From positions 1 through 47,686 of the forward strand of contig JASFYY010000153.1 of assembly GCA_045046875.1 (NCBI GenBank): a DNA stretch of 47,686 nt, written 5' to 3'. Positions 30,698-40,036 of the stretch are shown here, one piece after another; the stretch's first letter is position 1; each line of letters begins with the position of its first letter. The notes beneath the pieces were generated by a model. It was not told the DNA's origin. It worked only from the letters and a program-made list of their open reading frames with translations, and did no database searches. The stretch comes from Verrucomicrobiota bacterium (lineage in GTDB: Bacteria > Verrucomicrobiota > Verrucomicrobiia > Verrucomicrobiales > DEV007). Made by a program: the position numbers and the translations under genes.

Positions 30698-31070
30698 AAC
30701 CGCGGATAACACGGATTGCACGGATAGAATTGGGAGAGAAATGCAGCCCATTCTATGATGGAACGCTGGTGACTATTCAGAAAATACTAGGATTTTTTGT
30801 TCGCTCAGATCTTATCTATCATTATGTGATTTAATCTCACGCCCAATATACTTACCCTCTTTAAATCTCAAATATACTCTCGCTGCTCCTGCTCCATCAG
30901 AAAGATAAACGCACAAATATAAATATTTGGAGTCCTCCATTACAAATGGGGCTTCCCCTTGAACTTGAGGATCATAGAAATCCCAATAAACCTCTTTCGG
31001 ATATGCAACATAGCAGGTCAATATTATAAGCAAACCCTCTTATCCGTGTACATCCGTGTGATCCGTGGTT
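30698..31070. mobile_element. 373-bp element with triple-heptamer terminal inverted repeats (C[GA]CGGAT x3 / ATCCGTG x3) carrying AT-rich cargo
   Basis: AAC-CGCGGAT-AA-CACGGAT-TG-CACGGAT at 30698; ATCCGTG-TAC-ATCCGTG-TG-ATCCGTG-GTT ending at 31070. Confidence 0.8.
30812..31033 (-). pseudogene. small AT-rich ORF, likely a gene fragment, inside the repeat-bounded element
   Basis: 73 codons, TTG start immediately inside the terminal repeat; protein-like C-terminal half (YLSDGAGAARVYLRFKEGKYIGR). Confidence 0.4.
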
Positions 31071-31129
31071 ATATTTCCCGATTAAACATTTATCATTGTT
31101 GGGTGATTTTTGGAGTCGCGATTAGAATT

Positions 31130-31948
31130 TCAGTCAACCGCCACCAAGGTGACTTTTTTCTCTTCGCACAAGGCAAACAACTCCTCTTTCCCCAACAACA
31201 AGGTTCGCCCCGCTTCCACCACCACCGTGGTGATGCCCGCCTCTGCCGCCGTCTCAATCGTGATCGCTCCCACCACCGGCACATCAAAACGTAAATCCTG
31301 ATTGGGTTTGGACACCTTCACCATCGTCGCTTTGCCCTTCCCCATCTTACCCCCGCGCTTGATCGCTTCGTTGGTTCCTTCAAAAGCCTCGACCGCCAGC
31401 ACCGTGCCGTTTTTCACCACCACCGTCTGACCCACATCCAACCGACTCATCTCCTTGGCAATGCGAAAGCCAAATTCAGCATCCTGCAAGCCCGCCTTGC
31501 TCAAGGCCGGCCCACAAACCGCCCCCGGCGCTGGCAACAGATCATCGAGAAAAGTGGTCGCCGGCAGCAACTCAATGCCCTCCTTGGCCAACTCATCCGC
31601 AATGCCGCCAAAAATGCTCTCCGCGTTTTTTTCCTTCAATCTCGCCAGCAGCTTCACCGTGCGTAAGTCCGGACGCAGATCAAAAAGGTTCTTCGGTGCG
31701 ATCTGCCCCACCATCACCGCCTGCTCGACACCTTGTTTTTGAAAAAAACGAATCATCTTGCTCAACTGCCCCACCCGCAACCACTCCATCACATCCACCT
31801 CGTCCGCCAAAGACTGCTGAGTCTCCCCTTTAAAAGCACTCACCACCAAAGCCTTCACCCCCGCCGCCCGCGCCGCCCGCGCAAAGGTCACAGGATAAAT
31901 CCCGTTGCCCGCAATCATGCCGATTTTCTCTATTTGCGCCCCCTCCAT
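31130..31948 (-). CDS. lpxI: UDP-2,3-diacylglucosamine pyrophosphatase LpxI
   Basis: IAGNGIYP, DVGQTVVV, AVEAFEGT, KVSKPNQDLRFDVPVVG; GGAG RBS before ATG 31948; lipid A operon context. Confidence 0.92.
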   Translation of the reverse strand: MEGAQIEKIGMIAGNGIYPVTFARAARAAGVKALVVSAFKGETQQSLADEVDVMEWLRVGQLSKMIRFFQKQGVEQAVMVGQIAPKNLFDLRPDLRTVKLLARLKEKNAESIFGGIADELAKEGIELLPATTFLDDLLPAPGAVCGPALSKAGLQDAEFGFRIAKEMSRLDVGQTVVVKNGTVLAVEAFEGTNEAIKRGGKMGKGKATMVKVSKPNQDLRFDVPVVGAITIETAAEAGITTVVVEAGRTLLLGKEELFALCEEKKVTLVAVD

Positions 31949-32058
31949 ATTGATAGCTCCATTGTCCCGCATCAAAGCTGAAGTGCAACAGGCAAAAAAA
32001 TGCGCTTTTTCTGCAAAAACGATTTCCTTTCCTGCACCCGCTTATAAGGTGAAAGACC

Positions 32059-33918
32059 GTGAGTTCATACCAAGTTTTTGCCCGAAAATACCGCCCCAAG
32101 ACATTTGAAGATGTTTTGGGCCAAGACCATGTCGTCCAGACCTTGCGCAATGCGATCGAAAAAGACCGCCTTGCCCATGCTTATCTCTTTGTCGGCCCGC
32201 GCGGAACCGGAAAAACCTCGACCGCCCGCATCCTCGCCAAAGCACTCAACTGCAGCAACGGCCCACGCATCGACTTCGATCCGGACGAACCGGTCTGCCA
32301 GGAAATCGCCGAGGGCATCTCCCTCGACGTGCTGGAGATCGATGGAGCCAGTAACAACGGCGTCGAACAAGTGCGGGAACTCCGCGACACCGTGAAGTTC
32401 GCCCCCGCCAGCGGCCAGTTCAAGATTTACTACATCGACGAGGTTCACATGCTCACCACCCAGGCCTTCAACGCTCTGTTGAAAACCCTGGAGGAACCTC
32501 CCGAACACGTGAAGTTCATCTTCGCCACCACCGAACCGCAGAAAATCCTGCCAACCATTCTCAGTCGCTGCCAACGTTTCGACCTGCGTCGCATCCCCAC
32601 CACGGTGATCGCCCAGCACCTGCTGCACATCGCCAAAGAAGAAGACATCCAGCTCAACGAAGGAGCCGCTTACACCATCGCCAAAGGGGCCGACGGCGGC
32701 ATGCGCGACGCGCAATCGATGCTCGACCAACTGGTCGCCTTCTGCGGAGAATCCATCGAGGAAAAAGACGTGCTCGACATCTTCGGTTTCAATTCACAGG
32801 AATCCATCGCCACTCTGGCCGGAGCCATCCTGCGCCGCGATACCGCCACCGCACTCGAAAGTGTGCACACTCACAGTGAAGCGGGCAAGGATCTCGGCAA
32901 ACTGCTCGCCGACCTGATCACTCACACCCGTAACCTGCTCATTTCCCAAGTGGATTCCGGCAATCGCAGCGAAGAGAGCTCCCCCGAACTCGAAAGCATC
33001 CTCGCCGAGCAAAAAACACTCGCCAGCCCCGACCGCCTGATTGCCTTGATTGATCTGTTTGCAGAAACAGACGCCAAGATGAAATGGGCGACCAATAAAA
33101 AGCTGCACCTCGAAATCGGAGTGATCAAAGCGATCGAATCACTTGGAGAATCCTCGATCAGCGATGTCATCTCGCTGCTCAACAGCGCCGCCCAAGCCCT
33201 GCCCGACACTCCACCTCCCGCCAGTCGTGCCCCTCAAAACCCGACTTCGGCAGCGCCAACCGTCGTCGCCCCACCTTCGTCGCCACCACCGACCCAAACC
33301 CAAGTTTCAACCCAGGCCCCGGCTCAAGCAGCCCCCCCTGTCCAAAGCCATTCAAATCCCGCGCCTGCCGCCGTCGCAGACCCGCCACCAGCCAGCGAGG
33401 CACCTGCGCAAACGCAAGATCCTACCCCAACAGCAAACGCCGCCCCACTCACCGGTGCCGCGCTGTGGCAAACCGCCTTCCAGGAAATCTGCAAGGTCAA
33501 ACCCCTGTTTGAAACCTGGCTTGAAGCCGGAGTATTTCTCGAACAAAAGGGACGCGAAATCATCCTCGGTTTTCACCCCTCCGATTCCATCAGCATGGAT
33601 TCCATCGCCCGCCACCGAGCTGCGATTGACGAAATTCTCAGCCGCATCGGAGGCAGCCCCTTGAAGGTCGGGATGACCCTGCAAGACAACATCACCCCAC
33701 AAGCCCCCGTATCTTTTGAGGATGAAGCTCCGCCATCAATGCCGCAGCTCATCCCCACCGACAACGCCCCCCCGCCCCAAGCTGAAGCATCCCCCTTCGA
33801 AGTCGCTCCCGGCCCGGTCGAAGCCGCTCCTCCACTCGGTGACGAATTTTACCAAGACCCGCTGATCAAAGAAGCCGTCACCGAATTCGAAGCCAAAATC
33901 CTCCCTCCCCAAAACTAA
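32059..33918 (+). CDS. dnaX: DNA polymerase III subunit gamma/tau
   Basis: ARKYRP.TF, GPRGTGKT Walker A, EIDGASNNGV, IDEVHML, FNALLKTLEEPP, SRCQRF; Pro/Ala-rich linker. Confidence 0.97.
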   Translation: MSSYQVFARKYRPKTFEDVLGQDHVVQTLRNAIEKDRLAHAYLFVGPRGTGKTSTARILAKALNCSNGPRIDFDPDEPVCQEIAEGISLDVLEIDGASNNGVEQVRELRDTVKFAPASGQFKIYYIDEVHMLTTQAFNALLKTLEEPPEHVKFIFATTEPQKILPTILSRCQRFDLRRIPTTVIAQHLLHIAKEEDIQLNEGAAYTIAKGADGGMRDAQSMLDQLVAFCGESIEEKDVLDIFGFNSQESIATLAGAILRRDTATALESVHTHSEAGKDLGKLLADLITHTRNLLISQVDSGNRSEESSPELESILAEQKTLASPDRLIALIDLFAETDAKMKWATNKKLHLEIGVIKAIESLGESSISDVISLLNSAAQALPDTPPPASRAPQNPTSAAPTVVAPPSSPPPTQTQVSTQAPAQAAPPVQSHSNPAPAAVADPPPASEAPAQTQDPTPTANAAPLTGAALWQTAFQEICKVKPLFETWLEAGVFLEQKGREIILGFHPSDSISMDSIARHRAAIDEILSRIGGSPLKVGMTLQDNITPQAPVSFEDEAPPSMPQLIPTDNAPPPQAEASPFEVAPGPVEAAPPLGDEFYQDPLIKEAVTEFEAKILPPQN

Positions 33919-34003
33919 CCCGCACTGCATTCCATCCTTCTTTATTCGCATCAATTCGCGCTTCCCTCCTCCAAATCTTAAATCCCCCCTCATTACATTT
34001 CCC

Positions 34004-34035
34004 CTATTAGTGTCTCTTCGTGTCTATTAGTGGTT
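34004..34035. repeat. solo triple-heptamer half element (ATTAGTG/CTTCGTG/ATTAGTG + GTT)
   Basis: ctATTAGTG-tct-CTTCGTG-tct-ATTAGTG-GTT between dnaX and ybaB. Confidence 0.75.
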
Positions 34036-34070
34036 CCCTCCTCCAAATTTCAAATCTCAAATCCATCCCT

Positions 34071-34385
34071 ATGAACATCGCAAAAATGATGAAACAAGCC
34101 CAGCAGATGCAGTCCAAAATGCAGGACATGCAAGCTGATCTCGCCACCCAAACCGTAGAGGAAAGTGTTGGCGGAGGAAAAGTCACCGTCAAAGCCAACG
34201 GAGCCGGAGAAGTATTATCAATCAAAATCGATCCATCCATCGTCGATCCAGAAGACGTCGAGTTCCTCGAAGATCTCGTGCTCAGCGGCGTGCGCAAAGC
34301 CATTGACACCGGTAAAGCTCTTGCCGCCGACGAAATGAAAAAAGCCACCGACGGCATGGGCCTGCCCCCCGGCATGGGATTCTAA
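34071..34385 (+). CDS. ybaB: YbaB/EbfC family nucleoid-associated protein
   Basis: MNIAKMMKQAQQMQ, GGGKVTV, IDP..DPED.E.LEDLV; directly after dnaX. Confidence 0.95.
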   Translation: MNIAKMMKQAQQMQSKMQDMQADLATQTVEESVGGGKVTVKANGAGEVLSIKIDPSIVDPEDVEFLEDLVLSGVRKAIDTGKALAADEMKKATDGMGLPPGMGF

Positions 34386-34432
34386 CTCCAGAATCCTCCC
34401 TCCTGAATCCTCCCTCCTGAATTCTGACTCCT
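34386..34432. repeat. 14-bp (2x7) tandem repeat CTCCTGAATCCTCC, about 3.3 copies
   Basis: ctccagaatcctcc/ctcctgaatcctcc/ctcctgaattctga/ctcct. Confidence 0.85.
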
Positions 34433-34443
34433 TCTTCCCTCTC

Positions 34444-35487
34444 ATGTTTCGAATGATCCCCAGTTTCATGGCCGTGGCCGCACCGATTACTCTTCTGGTG
34501 CTGCACTTTGTGGTCATGATGTGTTACATCAACCACTGGGATCAATTTGTCACCATCACCCTCATCCCCATTTGGATCTGGGCACTAATTGGCATCGTTT
34601 TATCGCTCTTTTCCCTTCTGGTATTAAAAGGAAAACTAGCCATCCTCAGCCTGCTCACCTGGTTGGGAACCGGCCTGATCTGCGCCGATGAAACTCCCGC
34701 CCTGGTTCGCGAAATCAAAGACTCTTACCTACGCAGCAACTCAAGCACCAAACAAGAACGCGGAGCCAAACCAACCGACGGCAATCATCTGCGGGTGATC
34801 ACCTTGAACTGCACCAAGCGCAGTATTGAAACCGCCAAAGAACTCAAGTCGCTCGACCCTGATATCGTTTTTTTACAAGACGGCCCGCCCAACCCCGAAC
34901 TGCGCCAACTCGCACAACATTTTTTCGGTGACCAAGGCAGCTACGTCAGTTCCCGGCAGTGCTCCATCATCGCACGCGGTAAGTTGAGCCAAGTCGATAC
35001 CGAACCTCTCAGCTCCAGCGTTTACGCCACGCTCGAAACGCTCGACGGAAAAAAATTCGACCTGATCAATTTGCACCTGCAGCGCTCCATCCCACGACTG
35101 GACATCTGGAACCCCGAATGTTGGAAAACCCACATCGCCGCGCGCAAGCAAAACCGTTCCCAACTTCGTGCCATCGCCGGCATGTTCCCGCAGCGCGCGT
35201 TTAACTGGCCACGAATCATCGGCGGTGATTTTGGCACCCCGCCCGGTGACGCCATCTTCCAAGTGCTCAGCCCTAACTTCGATGACAGCTTCAAGTCCGC
35301 CGGCCAGGGTTGGGGCAATACCTACTCCAAAAGTTTCCCCATCCTCAGAATCGACCAACTATGGGCTTCCGAGGAACTGATCGCCGTATCCGGCCTGGTC
35401 ATCCCCTCCACCCACTCCAGTCACCGCATCGTCGTCTGCGACTACCGCCTCGCCCACCCCAAAGGCCTGCTCACCCAAGCCTACTGA
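34444..35487 (+). CDS. membrane-anchored endonuclease/exonuclease/phosphatase (EEP) family protein
   Basis: 3 N-terminal TM helices; LRVITLN, PDIVFLQD, NLHL, IIGGDFG, RIDQLW, SSHR. Confidence 0.85.
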   Translation: MFRMIPSFMAVAAPITLLVLHFVVMMCYINHWDQFVTITLIPIWIWALIGIVLSLFSLLVLKGKLAILSLLTWLGTGLICADETPALVREIKDSYLRSNSSTKQERGAKPTDGNHLRVITLNCTKRSIETAKELKSLDPDIVFLQDGPPNPELRQLAQHFFGDQGSYVSSRQCSIIARGKLSQVDTEPLSSSVYATLETLDGKKFDLINLHLQRSIPRLDIWNPECWKTHIAARKQNRSQLRAIAGMFPQRAFNWPRIIGGDFGTPPGDAIFQVLSPNFDDSFKSAGQGWGNTYSKSFPILRIDQLWASEELIAVSGLVIPSTHSSHRIVVCDYRLAHPKGLLTQAY

Positions 35488-35507
35488 ATCCTGAATTCTG
35501 AATCCTG
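35484..35507. repeat. 7-bp tandem repeat CTGAAT[CT], about 3.4 copies
   Basis: CTGAATC CTGAATT CTGAATC CTG; supplies the TGA stop of the EEP gene. Confidence 0.8.
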
Positions 35508-35521
35508 CCTCTTTCTTTCCC

Positions 35522-36388
35522 ATGCCCATCGAAAAAATACTCACCCACCCCGGCTCCTCCCACAAAGACGAATTCCTCGCCTGCTGCGTGCTGGCCTACC
35601 AACACAAAGTTCCCATCCATCGCTGTGAACCCAGCGCAGCCGACCTCCAGAACCCCGCTATCTGCGTGGTCGATGTCGGCGGCGAACACGAGCCTGAACG
35701 CAGCAACTTCGATCACCATCAATTCCCGCGCGACCACCCTCCGCTCTGCGCCTTGTCCCTAGTGTTACAGGACTTGGGACTCTACGAAAACGCCCGCGCC
35801 TTTTGTGATTGGCTGGAACCCGCCGAGTGGCTCGACACCCGTGGTCCGGTGGATGCCGCCAAGTGGATGAACATCGAGCGCAAAGTTCTCAACCAACTCA
35901 TCTCCCCCATCGACATCACCCTGCTGCGTCGTTTTGCCCAATCCAGCGAGCTGACAGAAAAAGACGTGCTGTGGCAAGTGATGTGCATGGTCGGCGAAGA
36001 CATCATCGAATACCTGCAAACGCTCAGCGAACGCCTGATCTACCTCGACCAGCACTGCGAATGGTGGACCATCACAAACGGCGAGCACAGCTTCGAAGCC
36101 GTCTTCCTGCCGCGCACCGATCCCCTGCCCAAAGATCCCTCGATGGCCCTGCCCCGCTTCATCGCCGAGCAAGGCAAGGATCAAAGTGTGATCGCCATGG
36201 TCTATCCCGACAGCCGCGGCGATGGTTACGGTCTCTCCCGCCACAACGACAACAAAAAAATGGACTTCTCTCCCTTGGAGTCAGAGTCCGACGTCCACTT
36301 TGCCCACACCCGCGGATTTGTCGCCAAAACCACCGCTACCGATCCCCTGCGTCTAAAAGAACTGCTCGCCACCGCCCACACCCATTAA
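35522..36388 (+). CDS. MYG1 family protein (DHH-like exonuclease)
   Basis: THPGSSHKDE, DVGGEH...FDHHQ, FAH..GFVAK motifs. Confidence 0.85.
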   Translation: MPIEKILTHPGSSHKDEFLACCVLAYQHKVPIHRCEPSAADLQNPAICVVDVGGEHEPERSNFDHHQFPRDHPPLCALSLVLQDLGLYENARAFCDWLEPAEWLDTRGPVDAAKWMNIERKVLNQLISPIDITLLRRFAQSSELTEKDVLWQVMCMVGEDIIEYLQTLSERLIYLDQHCEWWTITNGEHSFEAVFLPRTDPLPKDPSMALPRFIAEQGKDQSVIAMVYPDSRGDGYGLSRHNDNKKMDFSPLESESDVHFAHTRGFVAKTTATDPLRLKELLATAHTH

Positions 36389-36440
36389 TCCATTTCCCTC
36401 TCATTCTTGTAGATCTTAATTTCTCTGCCATAGTCTGCCC

Positions 36441-37373
36441 ATGAAACGCATTTTAGTAACCGGAGGAGCAGGATTTCTTGGCTCCCACCTTTGTGAATCC
36501 CTGTTAAATCAAGGGCACGAAGTCATCTGCCTCGATAATTTTTTCACCGGACGAAAAGCCAATATCATTCATTTGCTCGATCTGCCTCAATTTGAATGCA
36601 TGCGTCATGATGTCATTGACCCGTTCAAACTCGAAGTGGATTGGATTTTCAATCTAGCTTGTCCAGCTTCGCCGATTCATTATCAGTTCAATTCGATCAA
36701 AACAGTCAAAACCTCCGTAATGGGAGCGATCAATTGTCTGGGTTTGGCAAAACGGGTCAAAGCCCGGGTTTTCCAGGCTTCCACCTCAGAAGTTTACGGT
36801 GACCCCAACATCCACCCACAAACCGAAGACTACTGGGGCAATGTCAACCCCATTGGTCCAAGAGCCTGTTACGACGAAGGGAAACGTTGTGCCGAAACAC
36901 TTTTTTTTGATTACCACAGAAGCAACGACGTTGATATCCGGGTCGTCCGCATTTTTAATACCTATGGCCCGAAGATGATGGCAGATGACGGACGGGTAGT
37001 TTCCAATTTTGTGGTACAGGCTCTGCGTGGTGAAGACATCACCATTTACGGAGACGGCAGCCAGACCCGAAGTTTTTGTTATGTCACTGATCTGATCAAT
37101 GGGTTCATTCGTTTCATGGAGCACGAATCCGATTTCCCAGGCCCCCTGAACCTGGGCAACCCCGGCGAATTTACCATGCTCGAGCTAGCTGAAAAAATTC
37201 TTAACAAAGTGGGCAGCTCATCAAAAATCATTCACCTCGACTTGCCGCAAGACGATCCCAAACAACGTCAACCCGACATCAGCCTTGCCAAATCCAAGCT
37301 GAATTGGGAACCACAGGTCAGCTTGGACGAAGGACTCGACCACACCATAGAATACTTCCGCAAAGAATGTTGA
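36441..37373 (+). CDS. UDP-glucuronic acid decarboxylase (UDP-xylose synthase)
   Basis: [54 protein letters not shown]. Confidence 0.93.
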   Translation: MKRILVTGGAGFLGSHLCESLLNQGHEVICLDNFFTGRKANIIHLLDLPQFECMRHDVIDPFKLEVDWIFNLACPASPIHYQFNSIKTVKTSVMGAINCLGLAKRVKARVFQASTSEVYGDPNIHPQTEDYWGNVNPIGPRACYDEGKRCAETLFFDYHRSNDVDIRVVRIFNTYGPKMMADDGRVVSNFVVQALRGEDITIYGDGSQTRSFCYVTDLINGFIRFMEHESDFPGPLNLGNPGEFTMLELAEKILNKVGSSSKIIHLDLPQDDPKQRQPDISLAKSKLNWEPQVSLDEGLDHTIEYFRKEC

Positions 37374-37391
37374 GCCCTGTCCGGCTCGCTC

Positions 37392-38771
37392 TCACCGCGC
37401 CAACAACTTCTTCACCGCACCCATCAACACCCCCTCCACCTGCGGCGCCACATTGGTGGCCCGCTGACTGGTTTCATAACCACCCTCTCCGTAAGCCACC
37501 TCGGTGCCGATATAACCCGGACCGTAGTCTCCATACGCCGCCATCAACACCGTTTGCCCTGGGCGCAATTTCTGTGCGTTGAGCTGATACTCCACAAACA
37601 GTTCCCCCGGCATGTGCAACACATCAATCTCGCCTAGACGCAAGCGCCCGATCGGCACCTGATAACCCGCCTGACAACGCTGCAACCAGGACAAAGAACC
37701 CACCACTGCCATCCGCTCCTTCTCCGTTTTTTTGTCATCGTTTAAAATCTCCAGCATCTTTTTCTCATCAAGATGTTTTGCCACTGGCAAAGCCACCGGC
37801 ACAATCGCCCAATTCACATCCGCCGCATTCAGCGGATATTTTTTGGTCGCCTTCCATGCCCCTTCCATGCCCTTCGCCAAACGCCCCGCCAGCAATGGGC
37901 GCCGCTCCGGTGACCCGTCATTGTATTTGCCGGCTCCGATGTTGCCACCCGCCCCGTCAAAGTGAATATGCGCCACCCCCGGCAAAGCTTCTTCCCTCAT
38001 CCTCCGGGCAATACCGGGAAAATCACAACTCACATCCCCCTTACCATAATAGCTCTGCGGATGTGTCGCGTAATAGGAAATCGAAACCACCGGTTTATCC
38101 TGGTTCCAAAAACTCAATACCTGAACAAAAGGGTCAATGGTTCCCTCTGGTGCGGCAATTCCTTTGGGATCCCGACACGCCGTGTAACGAACCAACACTA
38201 CTTTTTTCCCATCCTCCGACATGATTCGCCGGTTGGACGCCACCTTTTTCACCTTGGCTTTGCCCACCCCGACATGAGTCACGACCTGGGCTTTGGCCTT
38301 GTTTATAACAATCGCCGCCACCACTCGATCAATCACATCCATAGTGAATTTTTGATCCATGCGAATATTATCCAATCCGTGAGGCTGCAACAGCGCCTCA
38401 GCGGAAAAATCACAACGGCAGCCATCATGCTGGTGCAACACATGCACCGCCACCCGCTCCGGCGTCGTGCCCGCCGCTTCAGCTAGCTTTTTTTTCCACA
38501 CATCCTGACCACCGTTACCAATCCCAATCCAATCCACCGCACAAAGCACCACCGGCTTCTGATCCCCTGCCAGAATGATAATACCACGCGCGCTCAACGG
38601 ATCGACAATCGATCGGGCAGGCGCATAAGCCACCGGACTGCCAATCGGTGGCGTCGCATCAACATTAAAGGTAGCGACCCGCACCTCGTCAGCAGCAAAA
38701 GCAACACCACCAAACAACAGCACAGCCATCAACCAAGCAGCAAAAAACAAACAAGGGGATTTTTTCTTCAT
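37392..38771 (-). CDS. secreted neutral-ceramidase-like hypothetical hydrolase
   Basis: DATPPIG, DPLSARG, CAVDW, LHQHD, YATHPQS, GNIGAGKYNDG, PGELFVEYQ, GGYE. Confidence 0.75.
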   Translation of the reverse strand: MKKKSPCLFFAAWLMAVLLFGGVAFAADEVRVATFNVDATPPIGSPVAYAPARSIVDPLSARGIIILAGDQKPVVLCAVDWIGIGNGGQDVWKKKLAEAAGTTPERVAVHVLHQHDGCRCDFSAEALLQPHGLDNIRMDQKFTMDVIDRVVAAIVINKAKAQVVTHVGVGKAKVKKVASNRRIMSEDGKKVVLVRYTACRDPKGIAAPEGTIDPFVQVLSFWNQDKPVVSISYYATHPQSYYGKGDVSCDFPGIARRMREEALPGVAHIHFDGAGGNIGAGKYNDGSPERRPLLAGRLAKGMEGAWKATKKYPLNAADVNWAIVPVALPVAKHLDEKKMLEILNDDKKTEKERMAVVGSLSWLQRCQAGYQVPIGRLRLGEIDVLHMPGELFVEYQLNAQKLRPGQTVLMAAYGDYGPGYIGTEVAYGEGGYETSQRATNVAPQVEGVLMGAVKKLLAR

Positions 38772-38870
38772 CCCACAAGATGATGACTTTTCCATCAAGC
38801 GCAAGGAAGAAGGCCACCCTCCCTCCCACAAAAGTATAAGACAAAATAGTTGAACTGCTGACTGTTATAC

Positions 38871-39120
38871 GTTTCGCCCCTTGCCGGGCTGGAAGAATTG
38901 GGTTTTTACCCAGCGCTTCGCACTGGGCTATAGCATTAAGCAGCGTTGTGCAAAAAAAAGCTGAAAGCAAAATGTCCTGTAAGGACAAAATGTGATAGCC
39001 CGGTGCGAAGCGCTGGGGTTGAATCGGTTTTATTGCCAGCCCTGAACGGGCGAAATGATATTGATGGGTGATAAGCTAGCTTTCAATAAACAATGACTAA
39101 CTTTTTTATCCTGCGGCCCT
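38871..39120 (-). mobile_element. ~250-bp REPIN/MITE-like element, copy A
   Basis: contains CCCAGCGCTTCGCACTGGGCT and its inverted complement, plus GCCCTGAACGGGC and GTCCTGTAAGGAC palindromes; its reverse complement aligns along 47277-47526. Confidence 0.85.
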
Positions 39121-39128
39121 CCCACCCC

Positions 39129-39812
39129 TCAAAACCGCGTAGCCTTCTCCATACGCCCCCGAATCTCCGCAAGCACCTCCAACAAAGCCTTGATATCCGT
39201 AGCCGTCATATAAGCAACGAGCTGACTTTCCAAAACCGCATCTTCAACCGGTGAGTGCCGCAATAACATCAGAATATCAGTCTCGTAAAGCGCTGCACGA
39301 TCAATTTGCCCTTGCCGGTAAAGAGAAGGCAGGGCAAAAAGTTTCAACAAAATAATACCTTCTGGAGTGGCGCACCGCAAACGAGTTCCCATGAAATCAC
39401 GTTCTTCCGCATGCTCTTTGGCTATCCTCTCAAAAAATGGATTGTCGGTGAACAAAAAGTCAACCCGAAGCGGCCCCACATCCGCGCTGCCAAACCATTC
39501 GTTTTTTTCATGTAAAACCAAATCAGGCAATCGCTCAAGATCCTCAACCGCCATGATAAGACCAATATCGCGGGTATTCCGACCTTCGATATATTGCAGC
39601 ACAGCAAGCCCGCCAACAAGAACGTGAGGGATATCATCTTTTTCCAAAGCTGAAATAAAATCACGAGTAGCAGTCAGCAAATGTTCTTCATTCATAGTCG
39701 TATGGGGTGCAGACAAAACAGCATCACGAATAACTGCCGCCAAATCGTCACGGCGTGTAGGCGAATACAAGTCAGGAGGAGACAAGGACAGAATAGCTGA
39801 AGGCTCACTCAT
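39129..39812 (-). CDS. nucleotidyltransferase-fold protein (AbiEii/DUF6036-like), possibly inactive
   Basis: LVGGLAV....GRNTRDIG motif, VDFL, ATPEGIILLKL; second motif Asp replaced by Gly. Confidence 0.75.
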   Translation of the reverse strand: MSEPSAILSLSPPDLYSPTRRDDLAAVIRDAVLSAPHTTMNEEHLLTATRDFISALEKDDIPHVLVGGLAVLQYIEGRNTRDIGLIMAVEDLERLPDLVLHEKNEWFGSADVGPLRVDFLFTDNPFFERIAKEHAEERDFMGTRLRCATPEGIILLKLFALPSLYRQGQIDRAALYETDILMLLRHSPVEDAVLESQLVAYMTATDIKALLEVLAEIRGRMEKATRF

Positions 39813-40036
39813 GAAGGAAAATTTACCATTCACCCCATTTTTGTAAAGCCCCACTCTTACCTTACCAACCATCCCTCATCTCCTCGAGAGGCGAAGCTCC
39901 CCCTACCGAAGGGGCAAGTTCCATCTTGCCCGCGCCCGAACAATCGACTCCCAAAGCCCACGCAATACCATTAGCTTGTCCGCCAAAGCCTGTCAGGCGA
40001 CGGAGGATCCCACACCCACCCCGCCTCACGCTATCC

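Noticed and set aside
33005..33105. Programmed -1 frameshift in dnaX producing gamma
   Set aside because: The A-runs (CAAAAAAC, TAAAAAG) are not the canonical A-AAA-AAG heptamer, lie within domain III, and have no evident stimulatory hairpin.
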